From Piromyces finnis finn (lineage: Eukaryota; Fungi; Neocallimastigomycota): DNA of 64,000 bases. The translations under genes and the position numbers were made by a program. The DNA lies in NCBI GenBank assembly GCA_002104945.1, contig MCFH01000064.1, positions 1-64,000 on the forward strand, written 5' to 3'. Of the stretch, positions 37,537 through 49,958 are shown in pieces. The notes under the pieces are model-generated. The model saw nothing but the letters and a program-made list of their open reading frames with translations. It searched no databases and was not told the origin of the DNA. Within the stretch, counting starts at the first letter, position 1; each line of letters starts with the position of its first letter.

Positions 37537-39953
37537 ATAATTTAATTGTTAAAAAAAAGTATATGTATATAATGATTTATTTATAAAATATTTTTTAAAT
37601 GTATTATACTATTTTTTTATTAAAAGAAAAATATTTATATATAAATTATTAAATAAAAAAAAAAAATAAATCAAAATGTAATCAAATTTATTAGATTAAT
37701 TTTTTAATAATGTAATTCTTTTTTTTTTTTTTTGATTAACTAGAAAAAAATATAAAAATCAGATAAAGGTTAGGGTAATTATAAGTTAAAGGGTTAAAAT
37801 GTTTTGATTAAAAGATTAGGATTTTATTAAATATTAATTTAAAAAAAAATAAAAAATTCTTAGACAATTTTATTTGATTAAAAGTAAAAATGTATAATTA
37901 AATATTAGTAATTAATAAAAGTTATACTATCATAGAAAAGTAAAGATATATATTAATTTTAAATATATTTTTAATTAAAGATTTATAATTATTATTTAAA
38001 ATAAATAATAATATTTTGGTTCTTAAATTAAAAAACTAATATTTATATAGATATAGATTTTTTATATTGTTTTTTTGAAGAGTAAAAATAATAAAAGCTT
38101 GGCTATAGTTTTTAAATAAAACATATTGAAAAGATTAATAAAAATATAATAAATAAAAAACTCAAAAGTGTAAAGTAATTATAAAAAAATATATAAAATT
38201 TTCTTATTATTGTTGCTTTTTTATTATATTAATCCATTATTAATAATTTAAAAATAAAAATATAACATCAAATTAATGAATTAAAGTTGTATGTTAATAT
38301 TATATTTTTCAAAGAAAAACAATTTACATATTACAATAACAATCTAATCAAATGATGCGTAAAATAATTAAAGTCATTAATTATTATGTTATCAATTATC
38401 ATATAAATCATACAAAAGAAGTGAATTAAAGTATGATTTTATAGTAAAATAACTTATTAAATAAGAGAAAGCAATTTATTTTAATTTTACAAATATTAAA
38501 TTGTAAATTAATAATATTATTTTAAAAACAAAAAATAAAATTTGAATTTTTTTTTTATAATATTATTAAAATAGTATTTTAATTTTTATATTATATTCAT
38601 AAGATATAAAATATATTTAATATTTCAATCTAGTAGAAAGACTGTTTTTTCCTGGATTTTTGAAATTTTAAAATTAGACCCTAAACTGGAAGCAAGATAG
38701 AATAATAGTTTTATAATAAGATTAGATTTACTATATTTAATATTCATATTCAGTTTATATCAACAAATACATATTGAAATTATATGATGTTAATTTTAAT
38801 ATATATTTAATATATTAACAAATTAAATAATCAGTTATACATAATTCATAATATTAAAGCGGATTATTCATTGAAAATGATTTAATGACTTAATGATTCA
38901 TATGCATCATTTACTTATCATTATTTTAGGCTTTTAATTCCGCTTTTTAAAAAATACATTGTAATAAATTGTATGAATTATATTAATGCTTTAAAATAAA
39001 TTAAAAATTCACCCTTTTTAATATTGTTATAATATAATAAATATATTAAAAATATATATTGGTAATATGATTGGCTTATAAAATATACTTCAATTAAATT
39101 AAAAAATGCTCACTTTTACATTATTAAAAAAAAATAGATGTAATAAAGTATTATCTTATATCGAAGTTATAGAAATTTAAAAGAAATTACCATTTCATAT
39201 ATTAATAAAATAATGATTCTTAATATATAGTGCTTTTAAATTGAAATATTATGTCATTTATCTAAAAGTATTTTTTCTTTTAACAAATAATTTCATTGAA
39301 AGTTTAAATATACTAAATAAATAAATAAATAAATATATTTATAATTTAATTTTATCGGGATTCTATGACTTTTTCCGCATATTATTCATTATTTTAAATG
39401 ATTCATTTGTATCAATATAGTTAATTTATAAATCACATGAAAATGCTATTTGATATAGATAAATAAAAAATTATTATTTCAAGTATTATAAAAGATAAAT
39501 GAAACTTTCTCCAATTAGTTATATTAAGTAGTTATTATTATATGGTATTATAATATAATATAAAAATTATATAAGAAAATTATAAAATAATAAGAAAATG
39601 AAAAGTGAAAAGAGAAAAAAGCACAATTAAATAATCGATTAAAAATAGTATATTTGAATAATGAAATGTCTTTTGATCCAATAATATTTCTTATCATTAT
39701 TACTATATAAAATTATGAAATTATATTATTTTTACTTATTTTTAATATTAAATAGAATTTTACTTTAATATTTAGAAATAAGTCAGTTAAATTTTATAAT
39801 ACTAATATTAATTTATTACAATGCTATAATATTATTTTTATTAATAATGAAATAAAATATTAAAGTATTTATTAATAGGACTTAAAAAGTTAAATAAATA
39901 AGTAATTAGCTAAAAAAAAAAAAAAAAAAAAAAATAATCGAAAAAATATCAAA

Positions 39954-41265
39954 ATGAAGAGCTTATTTATTATTTCTTTTATTATATTAGCTTTAGGATC
40001 AAGAACTTTCTGTTATTTTATAAAAAATCTTGGAAGAGATTTTGAAGTTTTAATAACACAATTTTAAATATTGATATTAAATTACCAAAAAAATAATATA
40101 ATGAATTAATGAAATCAATACCGGAATTACTACTATTGAAAATGTTCAATCACTTATTATGAAGTTGTTAATACCACTATTATTTTTATCTATGGCAATA
40201 AAACTGTGATTTATTAGAACTCTTCTATTAAGATTAGTGGAATGCTTTCAAGATTAAATAAGAAAGTTGGTTATAATCTTAAACATAGCCGTGATTTATT
40301 TGAAAGAAAAAATTATAAGTTAAGAGCTGAATTTAACGAATATACTTATATGCGCCAAAACCTTTCTTATGATATTATGAATAGAAGTGGAAAACCATCA
40401 ATTCAAGCCACTTTCTCAAGATTTACTATTAATGATAAATTCCTTGGTTTTTACACATTTATTGAAGCATTTAAGCTACATATGATTAAAAAACTTTTCA
40501 ATCTTGAAATCCCTAAAGATATGATTCTTTATCAAAATAAGGTTGAAGATTTTTTATTTAATGAAAAAGCAACTCCATTCTTTGTTAATTCTACTGCTAA
40601 GAAGAATGAAACAAGCAATTTTGAAGAATTTGAAAAAATTACTAAAATTATCATAATATTCAAGACTATTGAAGATTTTAAACCATATATTGATGTTGAT
40701 AGCTTTTTAAAACATTTAGCATTTGATTAGTTATTAGAATCCTTTGATTCTCTTATTATTACTGGTCATAATTTCTTTTTATACAAAGACCTAGCGATAA
40801 CAAATGGATTCTTTTATACTATGGTCTTGATTTTACATATGATTATGGCTTTGAAGAAAGTTTTGGTATGATCTATTGACCTTGCTGAATAATTTCTTTA
40901 GTAATATTTTAGTCAACACTTTAGTTTTGAAAGATAACACTTGTTTCAAAAACATTTTAAAGGAAATTTACCAGGTAGGGCTAATATTGTTAGTAAAGAA
41001 GAAACTGCTACCTATGAATTACTTCAAACTAGTACTGAAAATTATATTGATGATTATATGATTATAATGCAGGTTTAAACCTTTTATGGAAACTAAATTT
41101 AACATTACCTATAGAGAATTTGGATTTGGTCTAAAAGAAATTCAAGATGCATCTGTTACAGCTAACCCAAAACCCTTTTTTAACGAAATGATTGAGGCTT
41201 CAGAAGCTAACTCTATTAAACTAGTGATGCTTTTTAGTTTAGTTTTTTTCATTATTTTTATTTAA
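39954..41265 (+). pseudogene. CotH kinase-family pseudogene (intronless; signal peptide; hydrophobic C-terminal tail)
   Basis: MKSLFIISFIILALG leader and CotH-like core YKLRAEFNEYTYMRQNLSYDIMNRSGKP...INDKFLGFY...DVDSFLKHLAFD*LLESFD...GHNF. In-frame TAG at 40728, frameshift near 40790 and further breaks before 40240. Confidence 0.75.
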
Positions 41266-41487
41266 AAATATTAGAAATTATTATTTGATAATATTTTTAA
41301 ATGATAGAATTATAATAAAAGAAATGTAAAGAAAACCTTTTAATTTTAATAAATAATAAAATAGTTAATTATGAAATGGTATTTAATAATTAATATGATT
41401 CATATAATTAATAATAAAAATATATAAATAATAGTATTAAATAAAAAATTAAAAGTGATAATATAATGCAACAATAATTAAAACAAA

Positions 41488-41565
41488 AATAAATGAATAA
41501 ATAAATAAATGAATGGATAAATAAATAAATAAATGAATGAATGGATAAATAAATAAATAAATAAA
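41488..41565. repeat. Tetranucleotide microsatellite (ATAA/ATGA/ATGG)n
   Basis: Visible compound 4-bp repeat upstream of VPS36. Confidence 0.8.
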
Positions 41566-41715
41566 TTGTATTAAATTTATTTTCTTATAATTTTATTAAA
41601 ATTTTTTATTCCAATGTATTTTAATTAATGAAAATTTTATTATTTACAATATAATTAAAAAAAAAAAAAAAAAAGAATTAAATATATTTAAATAAATAGT
41701 AATAATGTATGAATA

Positions 41716-44700
41716 ATGGATTTTGATACTTTTGAATTAACAACAAACAATTATCCCGTGTTACAAAATAATGAAAAAATAGTTAAAAGACAGAATAATG
41801 TTACCATCTTAACTAAGTAAATTTTTTGTAATTAAAAATATATATATTTGTTATATAAAATTAATACCAATTTAAATATTTATTTATTTATTATTATTAT
41901 TATTTTTTTTTATATTATTACTTTTTTTATTTATAGTAAGCAAAAATACCAAAGAGGAATATTATATTTAACTAATTTACGATTATTATGGTTGAAGTTG
42001 GGATCTATAGAAAATAAAACAGTAGCAATAAATTTAGAAGATATTATATCAAAAGAAACAAATGTTAATTTCAGAATTTTATTTTATTTTTTAAAAAATA
42101 TATCTTATAATAAATAATAAATAAAAATAATAAATAACATTTAACAACAACAATAAAAAACAATAATAGTAGCAATATTAATTAACCAAATACTCTTATT
42201 TACATTATAATTTTATATCTATACATTTAATTATTTTGAAATTTAAATAATAAAAATTAATGCTTAAAAAAAATTCTTTGTATAATGAACATTTAAATAA
42301 TTAATATTTTTTAAAACAGTCAAATATTCTTTCAGCATCAACAATTAAACTTGAAATTAATAAATCAAAAAAAAAAGATGAAAGTAGTAATGATAACAAT
42401 AAAGAAAATGTTTCCTTGGAAGAATGGGAATGTCAAATTTGTAATCAGATGAATAATGGAGCCGATACTGTATGCGTTCTTTGTGGTGTTCCAAAAATAG
42501 AAGATAAGGGTTCTGTTGATGAAATTGATAATAAGCCAAAAAAGAAAAACGATGCTTATTCCAAACCTCCCGTTAGTTCCACAAGTGGTTATGTAAAGAA
42601 CGATTATAATAAAAATAATAATTTATCATTGTCATTTTCTCCTATCAGTTTAAATAAATCACTTCCAGAAAAACCTAAAGAAATTTTAAAATACGAATGC
42701 CCAGCTTGTACTTTTATTAACGAAGGAAATAATGATCAATGTAAAGTTTGTATGACTAGACTCGATGGTGTAAAACCTCTCCCTCCTCCTCGAACAAAAC
42801 CTATTATTTGTTCAATATGTTTTTATTCAAATGAACCTGATGCTACTGTTTGTTCAATATGCTCTATGCCATTAAAATATTGCGCATCAAGTTTTGATTC
42901 TGAATTTTCTAATACAAATAATAATAATAATAATAATTTATTATTTCCATCTAGTAACAGTTATATTAATTCTGCATCATCTATTCATTATCCCACCTTA
43001 GCAGAAACTTCAAATATATCAATACCTAATGGATATGATGTTATCAATCCATACAGTAATATAAGTATGGATGATACTTCAAAAGAAACTGATGATGATG
43101 ATAATGATGATGATGATTTTGAAAATACAACACCTGTAACTCCAAGTCAAGTATCTTCATTAAATAACTTAAAACAAGATACCATAAAAGTAAAATTATT
43201 ATTTAAATCTGGTCAAACAGCATTTTATAGTGATTTATCAACAACACTTAAAGAAGAACAATGGAAGAAGGTAATATATATATGTATATTTTTAAAAAAA
43301 CAAAAAACAAAATAAAACAAGCACCAAAGTAATAAAAATAAAATAAAATAATTTATTTATTAATTTCATGTAATTTTTTATAAACATTTTAAAGGTAAAT
43401 GTAATCGAAAATAAAACTTCTAAAGTTCAGCGTATTGGTGTTGGTATGCATTTTCTGCTTATACAATTAATATTTAATAAAAAAAATTTAATTAAAATTA
43501 AGTTATTAATTAAACATTTTTGAAAATGTTGCAATCATAAAAAAATAAAAAAAAGCTGGTGTTATACGTAATATTCAAGAAAGTCAAAAGAATACTAATG
43601 AAATAATGAATCAAGCATTCCAAGATTTGAATAATTTAATGAAAAAGGCATCTGAAATGGTACATTCATTTACAAAAAAAAAAAAAAATATTATAATTTT
43701 TACACTAAATCATTTATTATCTGATAACAATGTTACAAAATTGAAATATACTTATTTATATTTTATATATAAATTAATATTTCATATATAGGTTGCTATT
43801 GCTGAAAGTATAAGTCAAAAAATTAATAAAGATAATAGTATGGAAGGAAGTAAAGAACAAAATCAATTAAAAGAAATTATGCATGAACTTGGTATTTCAA
43901 ATCCAGTTACAAAGTAAATCACTAAAATAGTTTCCCCTTATATAAAACAATATCAATATATTTTTAATAAACATAATAAATTTTTTTAATAATGAATATA
44001 ATACTATTATAAAACTAATAATATAATAAACAGAAAATCAACTGGTGGTGTTTATTATCAAGAATTAGCAAAACAACTTTCACGTTTTATTATTAAACTT
44101 TTCGAAAAGCATAACAATGTTATGACCTTACCTGAAATTTACTGTTTATACAATAGAGCAAGGGGAGTTGGTTCGTATAAAATATACATAAATTTGCTTT
44201 ATATATAAATTTATTTTCGATAATTAAATTAAATATATTTTGTAAAAATCATTTTTTAATTATTTAATGGTATAAATATACATATATACAAAATTCAACT
44301 AGAACTTGTTTCTCCAGAAGATTTATATAAAGCTTGTAATATGTTTGAAAAATTACAAATTCCATTAAAATTAAGAAAATTTCAAAGTGGTCTAATCATT
44401 GTTGAAGATGATATCCTTTTTTTTATTTATAATCATTATTAATATTATTTGTTTTCTTAAACTTTTTTTATTCTTATAATATAAGGTTATTGTTTTTAAT
44501 TGAAATATTTACGTAGTAAAAGTGATGGTGAAATTTGTAATTTAATCACAAATTATATTAAAGATAAAAGTAATAATAATACTAGAGGAATTAATGCAAT
44601 TGAACTTTCTAAAGGTTTAAAACTACCAATTATTTTATTAAATGAATATTTAAAGGTATTTTTTTTTTTATAATTTTATTTTTTAAAACTATTTTTATTA

Positions 44701-44826
44701 AGATAATATTTTGTATAATTTTATAATTTATATTTTTTTAAAAAAAAGATTGCTGAATTTTCATGTTTGATTTGCCGTGATGAAACTATTGAAGGAATAT
44801 ATTATTATATAAATCTTTTTGTTTAA
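41716..44826 (+). CDS. VPS36: ESCRT-II subunit Vps36 (split GLUE domain with three NZF-type zinc fingers; WH domains)
   Basis: YQRGILYLTNLRLLW (GLUE), three CxxC..N..CxxC fingers, IGVAGVIR, AFQDLNNLMKKASEMV, YYQELAKQL, YCLYNRARGVELVSPEDL, LRKFQSG, CRDETIEGIYYY..F*. Confidence 0.92.
44411..44512 (+). other. U12-type (minor spliceosome) AT-AC intron in VPS36, 102 nt, phase 1
   Basis: 5' end ATATCCTTTT matches the U12 donor consensus RTATCCTTT. 3' end is ...TATTTAC. Branch-like TTTTTAAT at 44493-44500. Removal joins GAA GAT G|GT AGT AAA AGT GAT in frame. Confidence 0.88.
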
Positions 44827-46774
44827 GTGTATAATGGTGAAACCATTTATAATTCTTTTTCAAAAATTTTCTATCATTAAATTAATTAAAAAAAAAATAT
44901 TCTGTAAACAAATTTTAAATGGTATTGTAATATATAAAACTTTTATTTAAATATAAAACAATATAAATGATAATAAATAAAAATTGTAAAAAATAATCAT
45001 ATGAAATTACTAAAAAAAGAAAAAAAAATAGTAATAAAAAAAGACACTTTTTTTTTTTTATTTAAACCATCCAACAGACAACAAAAATTTATTATATTGA
45101 TACGGTGGTTTTTATTATAAAATTATTTATTATTATTATTATTTAAAAAATAAAATAAAATATAAAAATTATTCCAATTTCATAAGATTTTTAAAACTAA
45201 TTTTAGCAAAATTTTGACATTAGATTTAATATAATAACAACAATAACAACAATAATAATAAAAAATAAAATAATAGAAATATTATATGTAATCACTAATA
45301 TCTATAATACAACAATTATAGGTTTTATAAATTATTTATTTCGTTCAAATAATATTTATTTTATGTAATTTATTTTATGATATTCAAACCTATTTATTTA
45401 AAATTCTTTTCTTTGAATAATTAAGAGAATTATCCATTAAAAATGAAGTTCTGCTTATATTTCAATTTTAGGAAATATAATCTTTAATAATTTTATATTA
45501 ATTATTATCTTTAGAGTGACATAATATTTATCATGAGTTTTTTTTTTAAAATATTATGTAGGGTATAAGAAATAGAATTTTTAGAGTAGTTTGTATGTTT
45601 GTATTCGGTCTTTTAAAATAATAATTTTTTCAATACATTAAAATACGTTATTTTAACATTTTAAACAGTCATTTTACATTTTGAAATTCTTTGTATTTCC
45701 TTTTTAATACATTATATTTTATCCAATCATATTTAATCAAAAGAAAATATTAGAAAAAAATTTATGTTATTAAAATGATACATATCGTATTATTATTGTT
45801 ACAATAATGTAGGTGAAAAATCATCATTTTTTATAATTTTTTTTAGATCTATTCCTATTATTTGATGGAGTAGAAGTAAATAATACATATTATATTCTAA
45901 TATATTATATCATAATATTTTTATATAGTTTTTAATTTTTTAATTTAATTTTTTCATAGTATAAACCTTAATTTATTTTTTTTTATATCCATTTTTTAAT
46001 AAATAAAAATCCAATAATGTATATGTATATTAGAATTTAATAGAATAATAGAATCAATTTAGAAAGACAGAAATAAAACTTAAAAAAAAAAAATATTAAA
46101 AAAAAATTTCAATTAAAAAATCTCAATTAAATCTATATATTTAATTATACTAGAATATATTGATATAATATATTATTTACTATAATGATTGTTTAATAAT
46201 AATTATTATGAAAAAAAAAGAAATTAGGAAAAGAAAATAAGAAAAGCCAAAAAAAAAAAATTCTTCTTTTTTCTTTACACCAAGTTTAAAATTAATAATA
46301 AACAGATTAAAGTAATTTCTTTATATAAAGGCTAAAAAGAACCAAATTAATTTGTTTTTTTTTTTTTTTTTAAGAAAAAAGGATACCAAATTAATCTTTA
46401 TACATAGAAATTATATTATTTAATTTATTATTATATTTATATATATCCAATTCTTATTTAAACGAAAATAATACTTTTTAATAAAGTAATTAATTTATTT
46501 AACAAATTAATAATATCAAACGGATAAAACATTTAATTTAACGTATAACTCAATTTAATACAATTAATCATATTTAATAAGTAAATATCAATTATAAATA
46601 AACAAATTAATATATAAAGTGAACAAATATAAACGTGGAAAGTGTATAATCTTAAAAACTTTATACAGAATATCAATCTAACTCTAACGAAATATATATT
46701 ATTTTTATTTATTTATATATTAAATATTTGACATGATACAATTATTTTAGTTATATATTAATATAAGAAAAAAA

Positions 46775-49423
46775 ATGTCAGTTGTCGGTATTGATTTTGG
46801 AGGTCTCAACACTGTTATAGCAGTTGCTAGAAATAGAGGTATTGATGTTGTTTGTAATGAAGTCAGTAACAGAAAGACTCCGTAAGTATTATAAAAAAAT
46901 AATTATTTTTTTATATGAAATATAATAAAATTTAAAATTATTTAAAAATTCGTTACTTATTAAAACTTATATTTATTATATGAAATTTTATTTTATATTT
47001 AATATAGATCCCAAGTTTCTTTTGGTCCAAAACAACGTTACCTTGGTGAAAGTGCCAAGACTCAAGAAAATTCAAATTTCAAGAACACTGTATCACAATT
47101 AAAGCGTTTAATTGGTCGTCAATTCAGTGACCCAGAAATTCAAGAATATGAAGCTCCATTCATTAATGCTCAATTAGTTGAAGGTGATTGTGGTGAAGTT
47201 TCTGTTAAGGTTATGTATCAAAATGAACCAAGAGTTTTCACTTTCACTCAATTAGTTGCTATGTATTTAGGTAAAATTAGAGATATTACTTCTGCTGAAT
47301 TAAAAATTCCAATGTCCGATTGTGTTATCTCTGTTCCAGGATGGTTCACCGAAAAGCAAAGAAGAGCTTTAAATGATGCTGCTGATATTGCTGGATTAAA
47401 CGTTCTTAGACTTATCAACGATACTACTGCTTCTGCTCTTGGTTACGGTATTACCAAGACTGATCTTCCAGATCCATCATTACCAAATTGTAAGCCAAAG
47501 ATTGTTGCTTTTGTTGATATTGGTTATTCTAATGCTCAAGTTTCAATTGTTTCCTTTGTTAAGGGAAAACTTACTGTTAAGGGTACCGCCTACAATCCAA
47601 ACTTTGGTGGTCGTAACATTGATTTAGCTTTAGTTAAACACTGTGCTGAACAAATTAAGGAAAAATACAAGATGGATGTTTTAACTAACCCAAAGGCTAC
47701 TTTCCGTCTTCGTACTCAATGTGAAAAGACAAAGAAAATTTTAAGTGCTAATCCAGTTACTATCTTAAATGTTGAAAATATCATGAATGACCGTGATGTC
47801 AGCATGACTGTTAAGAGAGAAGAATTTGAAGAATTAATTAAGCCATACTTAGAAACTCTTGAACCATTACTTCAAGATGCTCTTAAGGTTGCTAAGGTTA
47901 CTATTGATGATATTGATTCTGTAGAACTTGTTGGTGGTACTACTCGTATTCCATGTGTTAAGAAGATTCTTAATGATTTCTTTAGTGGTAGTGATGATGC
48001 TACCAAGAGTAAGTTATCTACTACCTTAAACCAAGATGAATGTGTTGCTCGTGGATGTGCTTTCATGTGTGCTATTCATTCACCAGTCTTCAGAGTCAGA
48101 GATTTCACTGTTCAAGATTGTAATGATTATCCAATTGAAATCAACTGGGATAACAATACCTTCGAAGGTCCAGTTCCAGAAGGTAAGGTTGAAATTTTCT
48201 CTGTCGGTAACGCTGTTCCATCAGCTAAGAGATGTACTTTCACTTGCCCAATTGCTAACATTCCAAATGGTAATGCTGTTTCTTGCCAAATTAATGCCAA
48301 CTACATTTACGATAAAGCTGTTGAACGTGGTATGCCAAAGGCTATTGCCCCAGCTATTAGTGAATGGGTTATTAACAATATTAAGCCAGTTGAAAACTTA
48401 GAAGCTGAAAACGTTAAGCTTTCTGTTGTTGCTAAGTTAAATGCTAATGGTTTTGTTGAATTTACTGAAGCCAACTTAGTTGAAGAAGTTATGGTTGAAG
48501 TTAAAGAAGACAAAAAGGAAGAAAAGAAGGAAGAAAAGAAGGAAGGTGAAGAAAATGAAGAAAGTGGTGAAGCCATGGAAACTGAAAATGCTGAAGCTGA
48601 AAAGCAACCAAAGATGAAGAAGGTTACCAGAAAGCACCCACTTACTATTACTTCTAGAAATACTGCTCTTCCAACTTCAATTATGAATACTTATCGTGAA
48701 GCTGAAAACCAAATGCACGCTCAAGATAAATTAGTTATTGATACTGAATACAAGAAGAACGCTCTTGAAGAATACGTTTATGATACTCGTAGTAAGGTTG
48801 GTTACACTTACGCCGACTTTGTTGATCCAAGTATTAAGGATGACTTCTTAAAACAATTAGATGATATGGAAGACTGGCTTTACACCGATGAAGGTAGTGA
48901 AGCTACTAAGAGTGTTTACGTTAAGAAGCTCGAAGATTTAAAGAAGATTGGTGACCCAATTGCTTTACGTTACCGTGAATCCAATGAAAGACCAAACGCT
49001 GAACAAGCTTTAAGAGAAACTATTGCTCAATACCAAAAGCAAATCAATGCTGGTGATGACCGTTACGATCATATTTCTGAAGAAGAAATGAAGAAAGTTA
49101 CTGATGAATTAGCTAACAAAACTAACTGGTTAAATAATGTTATTGCCGCTCAAAATCAAAAGCAAAAGTGGGAAGATCTTGCTGTTACTAGTGCTGAAAT
49201 CTTAAAGGAACGTGAAACTATGGCTTTCACTATTAACCCAATTCTTAACAAGCCAAAACCAGCTCCACCAAAGGAAGAACCAAAGCAAGAAACTCCAGCT
49301 GAAGAAAAGCCAGCTGAAGAAGCTCCAAAGGAAGAAGCTGATGCTAATGTTGAAGGTGAAGACTCTACCACTCCAATGGAAGATGTCAAGTCTACTTCCG
49401 AATCTGCTATGGAAGTTGATTAA
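46775..49423 (+). CDS. SSE1: Hsp110/Sse1 (Hsp70 superfamily nucleotide-exchange factor), 2 exons
   Basis: MSVVGIDFG...[19 protein letters not shown]|[41 protein letters not shown]-terminal MEVD. Confidence 0.95.
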
Positions 49424-49826
49424 ATTCATTAATTACAACAATTTAAATATCGAATTTTTTTTCTTTTTTTACTCCATAAATTTTCATATAAATAATCAAT
49501 TATAAATAGTTCTATAATTTTAAAGAAAAAAAGAAAAGAAGAAAACTATTAAATGATGAATTAATTCAGGGGAATTACATACAACAAAATCTATTAATTT
49601 TAATTATACCTTAAAGTAATAAAAAAATAAATTTATAAATAGAGTTTTTTTTTTTTTAATTAAAAAAGAATAATAACAATAAAAAAAAAAGAAAAAAAAA
49701 GAAAAAAAAATTATATAAACTATTATAAATAATAATATTTTAGTTTTTTTTTTTTTTTTTATTTTTTTAGTAAAAAATTGTATAGATTTTTTTTTGTTTA
49801 ATGAAAAATAAAATAAAATAAAATAA

Positions 49827-49857
<31 letters not shown>

Positions 49858-49958
49858 TAATTATAAAAATAATTTAATAAATTTGTCTTTTTACATAATT
49901 TCCACTATATTAGTCTCATCAGATAGTAAAACATGCTTTTCTTTAATTAATAGAATAA

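Noticed and set aside
38856-38948. Inverted repeat AAAGCGGA...TCCGCTTT (snoRNA or MITE?)
   Set aside because: Only 8 bp, with no C/D boxes and no TSD evident.
45400-46770. Heat-shock elements upstream of Hsp110
   Set aside because: Several GAA units near 46033-46070, but no clean nGAAnnTTCn array.
47439-49505. Short overlapping ORFs within Hsp110
   Set aside because: Alternative-frame by-products of biased codon usage, with no independent support.
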